Assembly (NCBI GenBank): GCA_963817535.1
Contig: CAWFOW010000008.1
Span: forward strand, 94,694 to 158,693
DNA length: 64,000 nucleotides
Origin: an uncultured Alphaproteobacteria bacterium
Lineage (GTDB): Bacteria > Pseudomonadota > Alphaproteobacteria > MPNO01 > DASWLB01
Reading direction: 5' to 3'
The notes beneath the pieces are model-generated. The model did not search any database. It saw only the letters and a program-made list of their open reading frames with translations, and was not told the DNA's origin. This document shows positions 28,920-38,365 of this stretch, one piece after another (the stretch's first letter is position 1; each line of letters starts with the position of its first letter). A program made the position numbers and the translations under genes.

Positions 28920-29120
28920 TTCGGGCGCCCCGTAGGCGTCAGTGCGATGTTTCGGTGACATTCAAGCAATTTGGTTAAAGAGCCGCAATAAGTATTTTCC
29001 CTGCGCGCAGTCATGGCGATCACGACATTGCGATCCGGTGCGTTCTGTCGGTGACACTACGTATTTCAGGCGCACCGATTTGCAGGCATCTTCGTTTGAC
29101 TGCATACGATGGAACTTTAG

Positions 29121-29531
29121 ATGAACACGCCGGCTCCGCCGCCGCGCCAACCACCGCTCAAGGTGCTGGTCGTCGAAGACGAGGCGCTGATCGCCGCGCA
29201 TGAGCGCGCGATCCTGGAGGCGGCAGGCCATGCGGTTGTAGGCGTTACCTCGGACGCCGAGGAAGCCTTCCTGCTGTGCCAGCAGGACCCGCCGGACGTG
29301 GCGGTGGTCGACGTGCGGCTGGCCGGCGGGCTCAACGGCGTGACCCTGGCGCTGGAGATCGCCCGGCGCCATGGGGTCGCGATCGTGCTCGTTACCGGCA
29401 ACCCGCAGGCCGTCATCGAACAGGCCTGGACGTTCCGATATGCGCTGCTGGCCAAACCTTTCGACGATTCCGAACTCCTGCGCGCGGTCGTCAGCGGCGC
29501 TGCGGCGGGGCGAGTTGACGCCCGACCGTAA
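29121..29531 (+). CDS. single-domain (CheY-like) response-regulator receiver protein
   Basis: 136 aa. VLVVEDEALIA...DVAVVDVRLAGGLNG...LVTGNP...LAKPF. Asp pocket and conserved Lys are present. There is no output domain and no adjacent kinase. Confidence 0.75.
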   Translation: MNTPAPPPRQPPLKVLVVEDEALIAAHERAILEAAGHAVVGVTSDAEEAFLLCQQDPPDVAVVDVRLAGGLNGVTLALEIARRHGVAIVLVTGNPQAVIEQAWTFRYALLAKPFDDSELLRAVVSGAAAGRVDARP

Positions 29532-29540
29532 CGTTGTGGC

Positions 29541-30047
29541 TCAGGCGGCGGCTTCGTACTTGTCGCGCTGCATGCCGGCCAGGTTGACGCCTTCGATGCG
29601 GATCAGCCGGGTGGTCGACTCGCGCCGTGGCGAATGCAGGTCGCCCTCGTTGTAGACATGCGCCGTGCCCGGCTCGAGCGCGTAGCTCTTCACCTTCTCG
29701 ACCTTGCCGGGCTGGCCGCCGGCGGGTTTCGCCACGCAGCGCCAGTCGGTCATCTCGGTCACGCCCGCAGCCTGGCCATAGATCGCCCAGCTCGGCCCGT
29801 GGTCGTGCGGCTTCGAGCCGCGCGCGCCCTTGAACACGTGCGCCAGGATGCAGAAGCGGAGATCGGCATCTTCGTACAGGATGGTCCGCTCGCTCTCGTT
29901 GTCGGGGCCGAGATGACGGGCGACGAAGTCGGGATCCGAACAGGCCTTCTCGACATATTTGCGCACCTGCTCGCGGCCCGCCGGGCCCGGATCCTTCAAC
30001 AGCGCCTGATGGCAATCCTGCGAAAACTGCTCCAGCGTGTAGCTCAT
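29541..30047 (-). CDS. cysteine-dioxygenase-like cupin (CDO / 3-mercaptopropionate dioxygenase family), tentative
   Basis: 168 aa. ...ILAHVFKGARGSKPHDHGPSWAIYGQAAG...GTAHVYNEGDLHS follows the 3-His cupin spacing of bacterial CDOs. Confidence 0.4.
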   Translation of the reverse strand: MSYTLEQFSQDCHQALLKDPGPAGREQVRKYVEKACSDPDFVARHLGPDNESERTILYEDADLRFCILAHVFKGARGSKPHDHGPSWAIYGQAAGVTEMTDWRCVAKPAGGQPGKVEKVKSYALEPGTAHVYNEGDLHSPRRESTTRLIRIEGVNLAGMQRDKYEAAA

Positions 30048-30129
30048 GGCCTATCTCCCTTCGTTGCGCCGGGGCGACAACGGGTGAATAGTATCACAGC
30101 CTGCGGCGGCGCAAATCGGGGGTCCGGCC

Positions 30130-31107
30130 ATGGCGAAACTCAACCTCACCATCGCGCTCGAGCGCTATGACCGGCATATGCCCTTCTTCCTCGGCACGGT
30201 GAAGCTGCCGGACGGGCTTGGCCTCGAGCCGCTCGAGGTCGGCATGTCGATGGCCGGGCGGCACGGGCTGCACCGGCACGGGCGGCTTCTGCGCGGCGAG
30301 TTCGACATCGCCGAGATGTCGCTCGGCTCCTACGTGATGGCGAAGGCGCGCGGCGCGCCCTTCACCGCGGTCCCGGTCTTCCCGCGCCGGCTGTTCAGCC
30401 AGAACCACATGTTCGTCAACGTCGACTCCGGCATCGAGAAGCCCACCGACCTGATCGGCCGCAAGGTTTCGATCCGGGCCTTCCAGGTGACGATGTCGGT
30501 GCTGGCCAAGGGCGACCTGAAGTTCGAATACGGCGTGCCGTGGGAGGACGTGCACTGGTTTACCCAGAACCCTGAGGAGGTGGCGTGGACGCCCGGCCGA
30601 CCGGTACGCATCGAGCAGCTCGCGAAGGACAAGGATCCCGGCGCCATGCTTGTCGCGGGCGAGGTCGACGCGCTGATCCATCCGCACCCGCCGCACGATC
30701 TGTTCGAGACGACCGACCGGGTGCGACGCCTGTTCCCCGATACGAAGGCCGAATGCGTGCGCTATTTCGGCAAGTACGGCTACTACCCGATCATGCACGT
30801 CATGGCGATCAAGGAGGAGCTGGCAGCGCGTGAGCCGTGGCTACCGCGCGCGGTCATCGACATGTGGGAGGACGCCAAGGCACAGGCGCGCCTCTGGTAC
30901 ACCGATCCCGGCTACGCGATGCTCGCCTTTGCGCGCAACGAGATGGAGGCGCAGGACAAGGCCCTGTCGCACGACCCTTGGCCGTCGGGCCTTGCCGTCA
31001 ACCGCGCCAATCTCGAGCGGTTCATCATGTACTGCCACGACCAGACGCTGATCGAACGCGCGCTGCCGGTCGAAGCTCTGTTCCACAATTCGGTCCTCGA
31101 CACCTGA
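30130..31107 (+). CDS. 4,5-dihydroxyphthalate decarboxylase (PhtD)-like / periplasmic-binding-protein-fold protein, tentative
   Basis: 325 aa. My recollection of PhtD-family features (N-terminal KLxLxIxxYxH..., FDIAEMSLGSYVMAKARGAPFTAVPVFP, YPIMHVMAIKEELAAREPWLP) supports this loosely. No signal peptide. Confidence 0.4.
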   Translation: MAKLNLTIALERYDRHMPFFLGTVKLPDGLGLEPLEVGMSMAGRHGLHRHGRLLRGEFDIAEMSLGSYVMAKARGAPFTAVPVFPRRLFSQNHMFVNVDSGIEKPTDLIGRKVSIRAFQVTMSVLAKGDLKFEYGVPWEDVHWFTQNPEEVAWTPGRPVRIEQLAKDKDPGAMLVAGEVDALIHPHPPHDLFETTDRVRRLFPDTKAECVRYFGKYGYYPIMHVMAIKEELAAREPWLPRAVIDMWEDAKAQARLWYTDPGYAMLAFARNEMEAQDKALSHDPWPSGLAVNRANLERFIMYCHDQTLIERALPVEALFHNSVLDT

Positions 31108-31126
31108 CGGGGCCGTTTGACGGAAG

Positions 31127-31149
31127 GGGCCGGCTCGTCGCCGGCCCCG
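31127..31149. terminator. Hairpin GGGGCCGGCTCGTCGCCGGCCCC between convergent PhtD-like and rpoH genes
   Basis: Perfect 9-bp GC stem placed 20 bp after one stop and 6 bp after the other. Weak U-tracts on both sides. Confidence 0.4.
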
Positions 31150-31154
31150 TGCCG

Positions 31155-32048
31155 CTATTCCGCGAACAGCTCGCCCCGGCCGCGGTCGGCCATCTCGTGG
31201 TCGAGCGCATCGCGCAGCTTGTCGAGCGCCTTGCCCTCGATCTGGCGGATGCGCTCCTTGGTGACACCGAAGCTCGCGCCGATTTCGGCGAGCGTCGTAC
31301 GGTCGTCGCCCAGGAACCGGCGGGCGATGATCTGGCGCTCGCGCGGAGTCAGCGAGTCGAGTGCCTTGTTGAGCCATTGCGTGCGCACGCCACGGTCGTG
31401 GCGATCGGTCACCACCTCCTCCGGCGTGGGGCCGTCGTCGGGCAGGAAGTCCTGCAGCTCGTCGGTGTCCTCGTCGCCGATCGCGGCGTTGAGCGAGCGG
31501 TCGGGGCGCGACAGGTGCGCCTCCATCCGCTCGACGGCGGCGAGCGGGACGCCGAGCTCCTTCGCGATCGATCTGCGCTGCTCGTCGGTCATGCTGGTCT
31601 GGGTTGCCCCGCCCAGCTTGGCGCGCAGCCGGCGCAGATTGAAGAACAGGCTCTTCTGCGCGGGCGTGGTGCCGATGCGGACGATCGAGGCGTTGCGTAC
31701 GATGTATTCCTGGATCGCCGCCATGATCCACCAGGTAGCGTAGGTCGAGAACCGCACCTCACGCTCGGGGTCGAAGCGGTTGGCGGCCTCCATCAGCCCG
31801 ACATTGCCTTCCTGGATCATGTCATTGAGCGGCAGGCCGTAGCCGCGGAAGCGGCCGGCGATGCGCACAACCAGGCGGATGTGGCTGGTGATGATCTCGT
31901 GCAGGGCCTTCTGGTCACGCTCGTCCCGCCAGCGGCGAGCGAGGTCAACCTCTTGCTCGCGCTCCAGCAAGGGCGCGTCCATCGCCGCCGAGATGTAGCG
32001 GCGGTCGTTGCGGTCTGGGGTTCCGGCGTTTGCATATGCCATGTTCAT
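31155..32048 (-). CDS. rpoH: RNA polymerase sigma-32 (heat-shock sigma factor)
   Basis: 297 aa. Contains the RpoH box QKSLFFNLRRLRAKL, region 2 LMEAANRFDPEREVRFSTYATWWI, and region 4 TLAEIGASFGVTKERIRQIEGKAL. Confidence 0.85.
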   Translation of the reverse strand: MNMAYANAGTPDRNDRRYISAAMDAPLLEREQEVDLARRWRDERDQKALHEIITSHIRLVVRIAGRFRGYGLPLNDMIQEGNVGLMEAANRFDPEREVRFSTYATWWIMAAIQEYIVRNASIVRIGTTPAQKSLFFNLRRLRAKLGGATQTSMTDEQRRSIAKELGVPLAAVERMEAHLSRPDRSLNAAIGDEDTDELQDFLPDDGPTPEEVVTDRHDRGVRTQWLNKALDSLTPRERQIIARRFLGDDRTTLAEIGASFGVTKERIRQIEGKALDKLRDALDHEMADRGRGELFAE

Positions 32049-32198
32049 ACTCCGCCCCGCGGCTGGCAGCGGGGACCTGAGAGCGGCTTGTGCGCCGCAG
32101 CAATTGCTATCGAGTCGCTAATATAATTTGCCATCGGCCCGTTTGCAACTAGATACCCATGCGCTATATCGCACCGATACCAGAGGAGGGTTCACCAC

Positions 32199-32783
32199 TT
32201 GGGCGACTCGCGACACGTGGCGGATATGCTCGACCGGCTCGCCCGGATCGCGCATGGCGCCCAGTTCTGCGCGGGGCTGAACCCGGCCCAGTGGGAGGCT
32301 CTGCGCTTCCTCGCCCGTGCGAATCGCTATTCCCGTTCGCCCGGCGCGATCGCGGACTATCTCGGCGCCACACGGGGCACTGTTTCGCAGACCCTTATCA
32401 CCCTGGAATCCAAGGGCTATATCCGGCGCACGCGATGCGCCAACGACAAGCGCGCGGTTGACGTGGCGCTGACGGATGAAGGCGCGGCGCTGCTCACCAA
32501 GGATCCGCTGACGGTTCTCGCGGCGTCGGTCTCCGCCCTGGGCGACGACGAGCGCAAGGCGCTCGAACGGGCGCTCGAGGGGGTGTTCGAGAAACTCCAG
32601 GCGGCCCGCGGCCTGTGCGGGTTCGGCCGGTGCCGCGATTGCAGCCATCTGGAGCCTGGCGAAAGCGAGGCGCCGGCCACCGCCGCTGCCGCTCCTGCGT
32701 CCGCCGGTTGCCGCTGCGGCGTGACGGGCGAGGGGCTCGACGCCGACGAGCTCGAGCAGATCTGCGTCGATTTCCGCCCCTGA
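32199..32783 (+). CDS. MarR-family transcriptional regulator with a Cys-rich C-terminal tail
   Basis: Winged-HTH region DYLGATRGTVSQTLITLESKGYIRRTRCANDKRAVDVALTDEG. C-terminus CGFGRCRDCSHLEP...CRCG. Probable TTG start with GGAGGG RBS. Divergent from rpoH. Confidence 0.7.
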   Translation: MGDSRHVADMLDRLARIAHGAQFCAGLNPAQWEALRFLARANRYSRSPGAIADYLGATRGTVSQTLITLESKGYIRRTRCANDKRAVDVALTDEGAALLTKDPLTVLAASVSALGDDERKALERALEGVFEKLQAARGLCGFGRCRDCSHLEPGESEAPATAAAAPASAGCRCGVTGEGLDADELEQICVDFRP

Positions 32784-32897
32784 GCCTCTTTTCACTACCA
32801 TGATACCGCGAGCATAATTGCTTGTGGAACAATGCATTTTCCGGTTGACCGGCGCGCTTCACGTGGCATATTCCGCCGTCGCCGAAAGGACCGAGAG

Positions 32898-33362
32898 ATG
32901 AAAACCTATTCCGCCAAGGCCACCGACGTGACCCGAAAATGGGTGGTGATCGATGCCGACGGGCTGGTGCTCGGGCGTCTCGCCAGCCTGGTCGCGATGC
33001 GGCTGCGCGGCAAGCACAAGCCCATCTTCACGCCGCACGTCGATTGCGGCGACAACGTGATCGTGGTCAACGCCGAGAAGGTGCGGCTGACCGGCCACAA
33101 GTACGACGACAAGGTGTTCTACTGGCACACCGGCCATCCGGGCGGCATCAAGGGCCGCACGGCCCGCGCGACCCTGGAAGGGGCGCACCCCGACCGGCTG
33201 ATCACAAAGGCGGTCGAGCGCATGGTGCCGCGCAACAATTTGGGCCGCGCCGTAATGAAGAAGCTGCACGTCTATGCCGGGCCTGAGCATCCGCACACGG
33301 CCCAGCAGCCCGAGTCGCTCGATATCGGCGCCATGAACCCGAAGAACAGAAGGAGCGCCTGA
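32898..33362 (+). CDS. rplM: 50S ribosomal protein L13
   Basis: [30 protein letters not shown]...HTGHPGG matches L13. ATG at 32898 with AAAGGA RBS. Confidence 0.9.
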   Translation: MKTYSAKATDVTRKWVVIDADGLVLGRLASLVAMRLRGKHKPIFTPHVDCGDNVIVVNAEKVRLTGHKYDDKVFYWHTGHPGGIKGRTARATLEGAHPDRLITKAVERMVPRNNLGRAVMKKLHVYAGPEHPHTAQQPESLDIGAMNPKNRRSA

Positions 33363-33363
33363 G

Positions 33364-33807
33364 ATGGCCACCGAATTCGGCGCCGCTTTGGCGCCCGTCC
33401 ATGAGCGCAAGGTGGACTCCAAGGGCCGGTCCTACGCCACCGGCCGCCGCAAGGACGCGGTCGCCCGCGTCTGGGTGATGCCGGGCAAGGGCAAGGTCAC
33501 CGTCAATGGCCGCGAGAGCGAGGTGTATTTCGCCCGCCCGACCTTGCGCATGCTGATCAACCAGCCCTTCCTGATCGTCAATCGCGACAGCCAGTACGAC
33601 GTATACTGCACGGTGACCGGCGGCGGGCTGTCGGGCCAGGCCGGCGCGGTGCGCCACGGCATCTCGCGCGCGCTTACGCTCCACGATCCATCCTTGCGGT
33701 CGGTCCTGAAGAAGGCCGGCTTCCTCACCCGCGATCCGCGCGTGGTCGAGCGCAAGAAGTACGGCAAGCCCAAGGCGCGACGCAGCTTCCAGTTCTCCAA
33801 GCGCTGA
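33364..33807 (+). CDS. rpsI: 30S ribosomal protein S9
   Basis: [12 protein letters not shown]...[19 protein letters not shown]...[16 protein letters not shown] is a canonical S9 C-terminus. Starts 2 bp after rplM. Confidence 0.9.
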   Translation: MATEFGAALAPVHERKVDSKGRSYATGRRKDAVARVWVMPGKGKVTVNGRESEVYFARPTLRMLINQPFLIVNRDSQYDVYCTVTGGGLSGQAGAVRHGISRALTLHDPSLRSVLKKAGFLTRDPRVVERKKYGKPKARRSFQFSKR

Positions 33808-33829
33808 CGCGCGACGCCATTGTTTCCAG

Positions 33830-33868
33830 AAACGGGCGTCCCGCTTCGGCGGGGCGCCCGTTTCATTT
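33830..33868 (+). terminator. Rho-independent terminator after rplM-rpsI
   Basis: AAACGGGCGTCCCGCTTCGGCGGGGCGCCCGTTT hairpin followed by TTTCATTTCC. Confidence 0.6.
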
Positions 33869-33901
33869 CCGGCATGAACCGACTATTTTGGGCACGACGC
33901 G

Positions 33902-34954
33902 ATGAACACGAAACCGAACAGCATCCGGACGGCCATTCTCGGCGCCAGCGGCTATACCGGTGCCGAGCTGGTCAGGCTCTTGCTACATCATCCCTCGGTC
34001 GAGCTTCGCGCCCTGACCGCCGACCGCCACGCCGGCAAGCCCTACGCCGCCGTCTTCCCGCATCTCGGCGGGCGCGGCCTGCCCGACCTCGTCAAGATCG
34101 ACGCGGTCGATTACGGCGCCATCGACCTCGTATTCTGCTGCCTGCCGCACGGCGAGACGCAGCGCGTGATCGCGGGCCTGCCGGACCATCTGCGCGTGGT
34201 CGATCTTTCGGCCGATTTCCGCCTGACCGATCCGGCGAGCTATGCCGAATGGTACGGCCACGAGCACCACGCGCCCGATCTGCAGAAGACCGCGGTCTAT
34301 GGCGTCACCGAGCTGGCGCGCGAGGCGGTCGCCAAGGCGCGGCTGGTCGCCAACCCGGGCTGCTATCCGACGTCGGCGATCCTGCCGCTGTTTCCGCTGA
34401 TCGAGGCGGGCGCTGTCGAGACCGGCGAGATCATCGTCGATTCCAAGTCCGGCATGACCGGCGCCGGCCGCGCGGCCAAGGAGGAGATGCTGTTCTCCGA
34501 GGTGTCGGAGGGGATCAACGCCTACGGCGTCGCGCGCCACCGCCATACGCCCGAGATCGAGCAGGAGCTGACGCGCGCCGCGGGCGCCGAAGTGCGGGTC
34601 GCCTTCACGCCGCATTTGATGCCGATGAACCGGGGCATTCTCTCGACCATCTATGTCCGGCTCGCCAACGGCGCCGCCGCCTCCGACCTGCGCGACGCGA
34701 TCGCGAAGCGCTACGCGAGCGAGCCGTTCGTGCGCGTCGTGCCCGACGGCATGGCGCCCGCGACGCGCCACGTGCGCGGCTCGAACCACTGCCTGATCGG
34801 CGTGTTCGCCGACCGGCTGCCCGGCCGCGCGATCCTGGTTTCGGTGATCGACAATCTGGTCAAGGGCGCCTCGGGCCAGGCCGTGCAGAACATGAACGCG
34901 ATGTACGGACTTCCCGAGACCACCGCTCTCGAGCAGGAGCCCCTGTTCCCATGA
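33902..34954 (+). CDS. argC: N-acetyl-gamma-glutamyl-phosphate reductase
   Basis: 350 aa. ILGASGYTGAELVRLL NAD-binding N-terminus; ArgC/Semialdehyde-dehydrogenase layout with catalytic Cys region PGCYPTS. Confidence 0.85.
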   Translation: MNTKPNSIRTAILGASGYTGAELVRLLLHHPSVELRALTADRHAGKPYAAVFPHLGGRGLPDLVKIDAVDYGAIDLVFCCLPHGETQRVIAGLPDHLRVVDLSADFRLTDPASYAEWYGHEHHAPDLQKTAVYGVTELAREAVAKARLVANPGCYPTSAILPLFPLIEAGAVETGEIIVDSKSGMTGAGRAAKEEMLFSEVSEGINAYGVARHRHTPEIEQELTRAAGAEVRVAFTPHLMPMNRGILSTIYVRLANGAAASDLRDAIAKRYASEPFVRVVPDGMAPATRHVRGSNHCLIGVFADRLPGRAILVSVIDNLVKGASGQAVQNMNAMYGLPETTALEQEPLFP

Positions 34955-34964
34955 GAATGCTCCC

Positions 34965-35501
34965 GTGACCGGGCTGATCCTGCCTTACGGCAACCATACG
35001 CCGCTGATCCATCGCACCGCGTTCGTCGCGCCGAACGCGACGGTGATCGGCGACGTCGAGCTCGCCGAGGATGCGAGCCTGTGGTTCGGCGTCATCGTGC
35101 GCGGCGACGACGAGCCGATCCGCATCGGCGCGCGCACCAACATCCAGGATGGCTCGATCATCCATGTCTCGTCGGGCGTGCAGGGCACCTTCATCGGCGC
35201 CGACGTGACGGTCGGCCACATGGTGCTGCTGCATGCCTGCACCTTGCAGGACGGCGCGTTCGTCGGGATGGGCGCCACCCTGCTCGACGAATGCGTGGTC
35301 GAGACCGGCGCGATGGTGGCGGCGGGATCGCTGGTCACGCCCGGCAAGGTCGTCAAGTCGGGCGAGATGTGGGCCGGCCGGCCGGCGCGCAAGATGCGCG
35401 ACATGGGTGAGGACGAGATCGTCTATGGCCGCGAGATCGCTTCGCACTACGTCAAGCGCGGCCGCGAATACGCCGACATCCTCGCGCGGCAAAAAGGCTG
35501 A
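34965..35501 (+). CDS. gamma-class carbonic anhydrase / hexapeptide-repeat (LbH) family protein
   Basis: 178 aa. Left-handed beta-helix hexapeptide repeats. IGARTNIQDGSIIHVSSG...VGHMVLLHACTL carries the His ligands typical of the gamma-CA family. Confidence 0.75.
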   Translation: MTGLILPYGNHTPLIHRTAFVAPNATVIGDVELAEDASLWFGVIVRGDDEPIRIGARTNIQDGSIIHVSSGVQGTFIGADVTVGHMVLLHACTLQDGAFVGMGATLLDECVVETGAMVAAGSLVTPGKVVKSGEMWAGRPARKMRDMGEDEIVYGREIASHYVKRGREYADILARQKG

Positions 35502-35506
35502 GAGCC

Positions 35507-36313
35507 TTACCTTGCGGTCCAGCCGCCGTCCTGGGTGAAGACTTGGCCGGTGACGTAGGACGACGCGCCCGAGGCGAGGTAGATGGCGAGCCCCTGAAGC
35601 TCGTCCGGCGTGCCGCGCCGTCCCATCGGCGTGTCGGTGACGATGCAGTCCTCGAACTTCGCCATCGTCTCGTTGTTCATGCCCGCCTTGGTGGCGTTGC
35701 CGAGCTTCGTGCCGCCGTGCCAGCCCGGTGCGATCGCGTTGCAGCGTATCCCGTCCTTCGCGTATTCGAGCGCGACCTGGCGGGTGAAGCCGATCACACC
35801 GGCCTTCGCCGCGGCGTAGCTCGAGGTCACCATGGCGAAGCCGGGATAATGGCCGGCGAGCCCGAGGATCGAGGCGATGTTGATGATCGATCCGCCGCCG
35901 CCCGCCATCATCACCGGCACGACAGCGCGCGAGCAGAGATAGACGCCGGTCAGGTTGATGCCGATCAGCCGCTGCCAGTCCTCGATCGGGATCTCGTGCA
36001 TGCGCTTGGCCGGCGTCGCGATGCCGGCATTGTTGACCAGCACGTCGATGCGCTTGCCCGCAGCCGCGGCCATCTTGGCGACCGACGACGCGTCGGCCAC
36101 GTCGACATGGAGGGCGCGCGCCGCGCCACCCAACTCGCCGATCAGCAGCACCGTCTCGGCGGCGCCCTCCTCGTCGCGGTCGGCGCACAGCACCTCGGCG
36201 CCGTAGGCCGCAAACCCCTCGGCGAAGGCGCGGCCCAGCCCGCTGCCCGCACCGGTGACGAGGCAGGTCTTTCCAGTCAGGTCGAACAGGCCCTGTGCCT
36301 TTATCTCAGCCAT
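35507..36313 (-). CDS. SDR-family oxidoreductase
   Basis: TGAGSGLGRAF Rossmann motif, NNAG, and catalytic Y-x3-K (SSYAAAKAG). Overlaps the upstream gene by 8 nt. Last gene of the 7-gene operon. Confidence 0.75.
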   Translation of the reverse strand: MAEIKAQGLFDLTGKTCLVTGAGSGLGRAFAEGFAAYGAEVLCADRDEEGAAETVLLIGELGGAARALHVDVADASSVAKMAAAAGKRIDVLVNNAGIATPAKRMHEIPIEDWQRLIGINLTGVYLCSRAVVPVMMAGGGGSIINIASILGLAGHYPGFAMVTSSYAAAKAGVIGFTRQVALEYAKDGIRCNAIAPGWHGGTKLGNATKAGMNNETMAKFEDCIVTDTPMGRRGTPDELQGLAIYLASGASSYVTGQVFTQDGGWTAR

Positions 36314-37190
36314 CGTTGGCCGTTTTCTTGTACCAGTCGACGATCTCGCCGCCGGTCGCGAACCAGACTTGCGGCCGGGCGCGGATATAGGCGAGCGCCC
36401 GCTCCAGCGCGCGGATGCGGAAGGCGTGGCCGATCAGGAATGGGTGCAGCGCGATGGCCATGACGCGCGGCTGGCGCGCCCCGTCCTCGTACAGCACGTC
36501 GAACTGGTCGGTGATCATGCGCTGGAACTCGTCGGCCGAGCGCCGCGAATCCAGGAAGGCGGGGATGTCGTTGATCTCGATCGAGTAGGGGATCGAGAAC
36601 AGCGCGCCCTTCCGCACGTTGAGGCGGTAGGGCTGCTCGTCGTTCACCCAGTCGCCGACATACTCGAACCCTTCCTCGGCCAGCAGGTCCGGCGTCGCGA
36701 ACGTCTCGGTCAGCGCGGGGCCCAGCCAGCCGCGCGGGCGCGTGCCGGTGCCCTTCGCGATCGTGTCGCGCACCTCGCGGATGACGGCGCGCTCCTCGTC
36801 CTCCGACCCGAAGCCGGTCAGCAGCGACGAGTTGTTGAGCCCGTGGCCCATCCATTCCCAGCCGAGCCGGTTGCCCTCCTGGATGATGCGCGGATAGTTG
36901 GCGCAGACGTCGGAGTTGAGTGCAACGGTGCCCCTGATCCCCATCCTTTCCATCAGCTCCATCAGCCGCCATATCCCGACCCGCACGCCGAACTCGCGCC
37001 AGGAATGGTTCAGCACGTCCGGCACGAACTGCGCGGTGACGGCGGTGATCGAGGTCGACGGCCGGTCGATCAGGAAATGCTCGATGTTGGGGATCACCCA
37101 CACAGCGACGCGCGCACCGTCGGGCAGGCGCCACGGCTTGCGGTCGACGATCGGCGAATAGCGCGCGCGGCTTTGGCGGTTCTCGGTCAT
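36306..37190 (-). CDS. polysaccharide-deacetylase-fold hydrolase (PuuE allantoinase-like subgroup, tentative)
   Basis: 295 aa. NodB-type deacetylase fold features (VWVIPNIEHF; LHPFLIGHAFRIRALERAL). Start ATG overlaps the LLM stop (ATGA). Confidence 0.6.
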   Translation of the reverse strand: MTENRQSRARYSPIVDRKPWRLPDGARVAVWVIPNIEHFLIDRPSTSITAVTAQFVPDVLNHSWREFGVRVGIWRLMELMERMGIRGTVALNSDVCANYPRIIQEGNRLGWEWMGHGLNNSSLLTGFGSEDEERAVIREVRDTIAKGTGTRPRGWLGPALTETFATPDLLAEEGFEYVGDWVNDEQPYRLNVRKGALFSIPYSIEINDIPAFLDSRRSADEFQRMITDQFDVLYEDGARQPRVMAIALHPFLIGHAFRIRALERALAYIRARPQVWFATGGEIVDWYKKTANDG

Positions 37191-38320
37191 CGGAGCCCCG
37201 ACTGTTCGATGAGCGGCATGACGTGCTTCTGGAACCATCGCATGTCGTCGATATAGCGCGGCCAGGACAGAAGCGTGCCGTCGAGCCCGAGCTTCGACAT
37301 GGTCTTGAGCCCGTCGACGATCTGCTCCGGCGTGCCGATCAGCGGATAGCCGCCCCAGCCCGCCATGAAATGGATTTTCATCGCGTCGAGCACGCCGGGC
37401 GGGAAGGTCTGGGCGTTGATGCCCATGGTCTCGACCAGGTTGGTCGCGGCCTCGATATCGCCGTGCTGATGGACCACCAGGTCGAAATAGTCCTTCGCGG
37501 CCTTCTCGGTCTCGCCCTGATAGACGTAGGCGTAGCTCCATACCTCGATCTCGCGGCCATACTCCTTGCGGGCGAGGTCGCGATAGGCGTCGACGCGCGC
37601 CTTGGCGCCCTCGAACTCATGCGTGTCGAGCACCACGAACGCCACGTCGCAGTATTTCGCCGCGTAGTGGCGGCCCTTCTCCGAGCCGCCGGCATTCATC
37701 ACCGGAGGGTAGGGTTTCTGGATCGGCTTGGGCTCCAGATAGCCTTTCTTGATCTGGAACCACTTGCCGTCGAAATCGAACTCCTCCTCCGCGGTCCACA
37801 GACGCTTGATGACGTCGAGCCATTCGACCGCGATGTCGTAGCGCGTGTCGTGGTCGATCAGCGGCGCGCCGAACATCTCGATCTCGGGCTTGTGCCAGCC
37901 GGTGACGATGTTCAGCGCGTAGCGCCCGCCGGTGATGTGGTCGATCGTGGTCGCCTGCTTGGCCGCCATGATCGGGTGCACCGTCGGCACGTGCGAGGTG
38001 GAGAACACGCAGGAATTCTTCGTCAACGCGCCGATGCCCGCGGCCCAGCTATAGGTCTCGAAGCCCGGCCCGTTGAAGTTGGTTTCCCCGCCGAAGCCGC
38101 GCCAGCGCCCGACCGGCACCAGCGCCTCGAATCCCATCTCGTCGGCGAGCTGCGAGACGGCCAGGGTGGACGGCCAGTCGGCCTTCAGCGTACCGTCCAC
38201 GGTGGAGATGGCGCAGCCATATTCGAGGTTCGAGCCGAACGTGCCGAGCTTGAGCTTGCGGTCGTTGAACAGCGGGTTCCGCGACTGGCGCAGCGCCTCG
38301 CGTCTCGTGTCAGTGGCCAT
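37187..38320 (-). CDS. LLM-class flavin-dependent monooxygenase (resembles the RutA / NtaA subgroup)
   Basis: 377 aa. RWRGFGGETNF and MAAKQATTIDHITGGRYALNIVTGWHKPEIEMFG parallel E. coli RutA ([39 protein letters not shown], recalled from memory). Confidence 0.7.
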   Translation of the reverse strand: MATDTRREALRQSRNPLFNDRKLKLGTFGSNLEYGCAISTVDGTLKADWPSTLAVSQLADEMGFEALVPVGRWRGFGGETNFNGPGFETYSWAAGIGALTKNSCVFSTSHVPTVHPIMAAKQATTIDHITGGRYALNIVTGWHKPEIEMFGAPLIDHDTRYDIAVEWLDVIKRLWTAEEEFDFDGKWFQIKKGYLEPKPIQKPYPPVMNAGGSEKGRHYAAKYCDVAFVVLDTHEFEGAKARVDAYRDLARKEYGREIEVWSYAYVYQGETEKAAKDYFDLVVHQHGDIEAATNLVETMGINAQTFPPGVLDAMKIHFMAGWGGYPLIGTPEQIVDGLKTMSKLGLDGTLLSWPRYIDDMRWFQKHVMPLIEQSGLR

Positions 38321-38365
38321 GGGATGCTCCCTTTTCGCGATGTTGGCCCGTCCGGCCGCGGCCGG

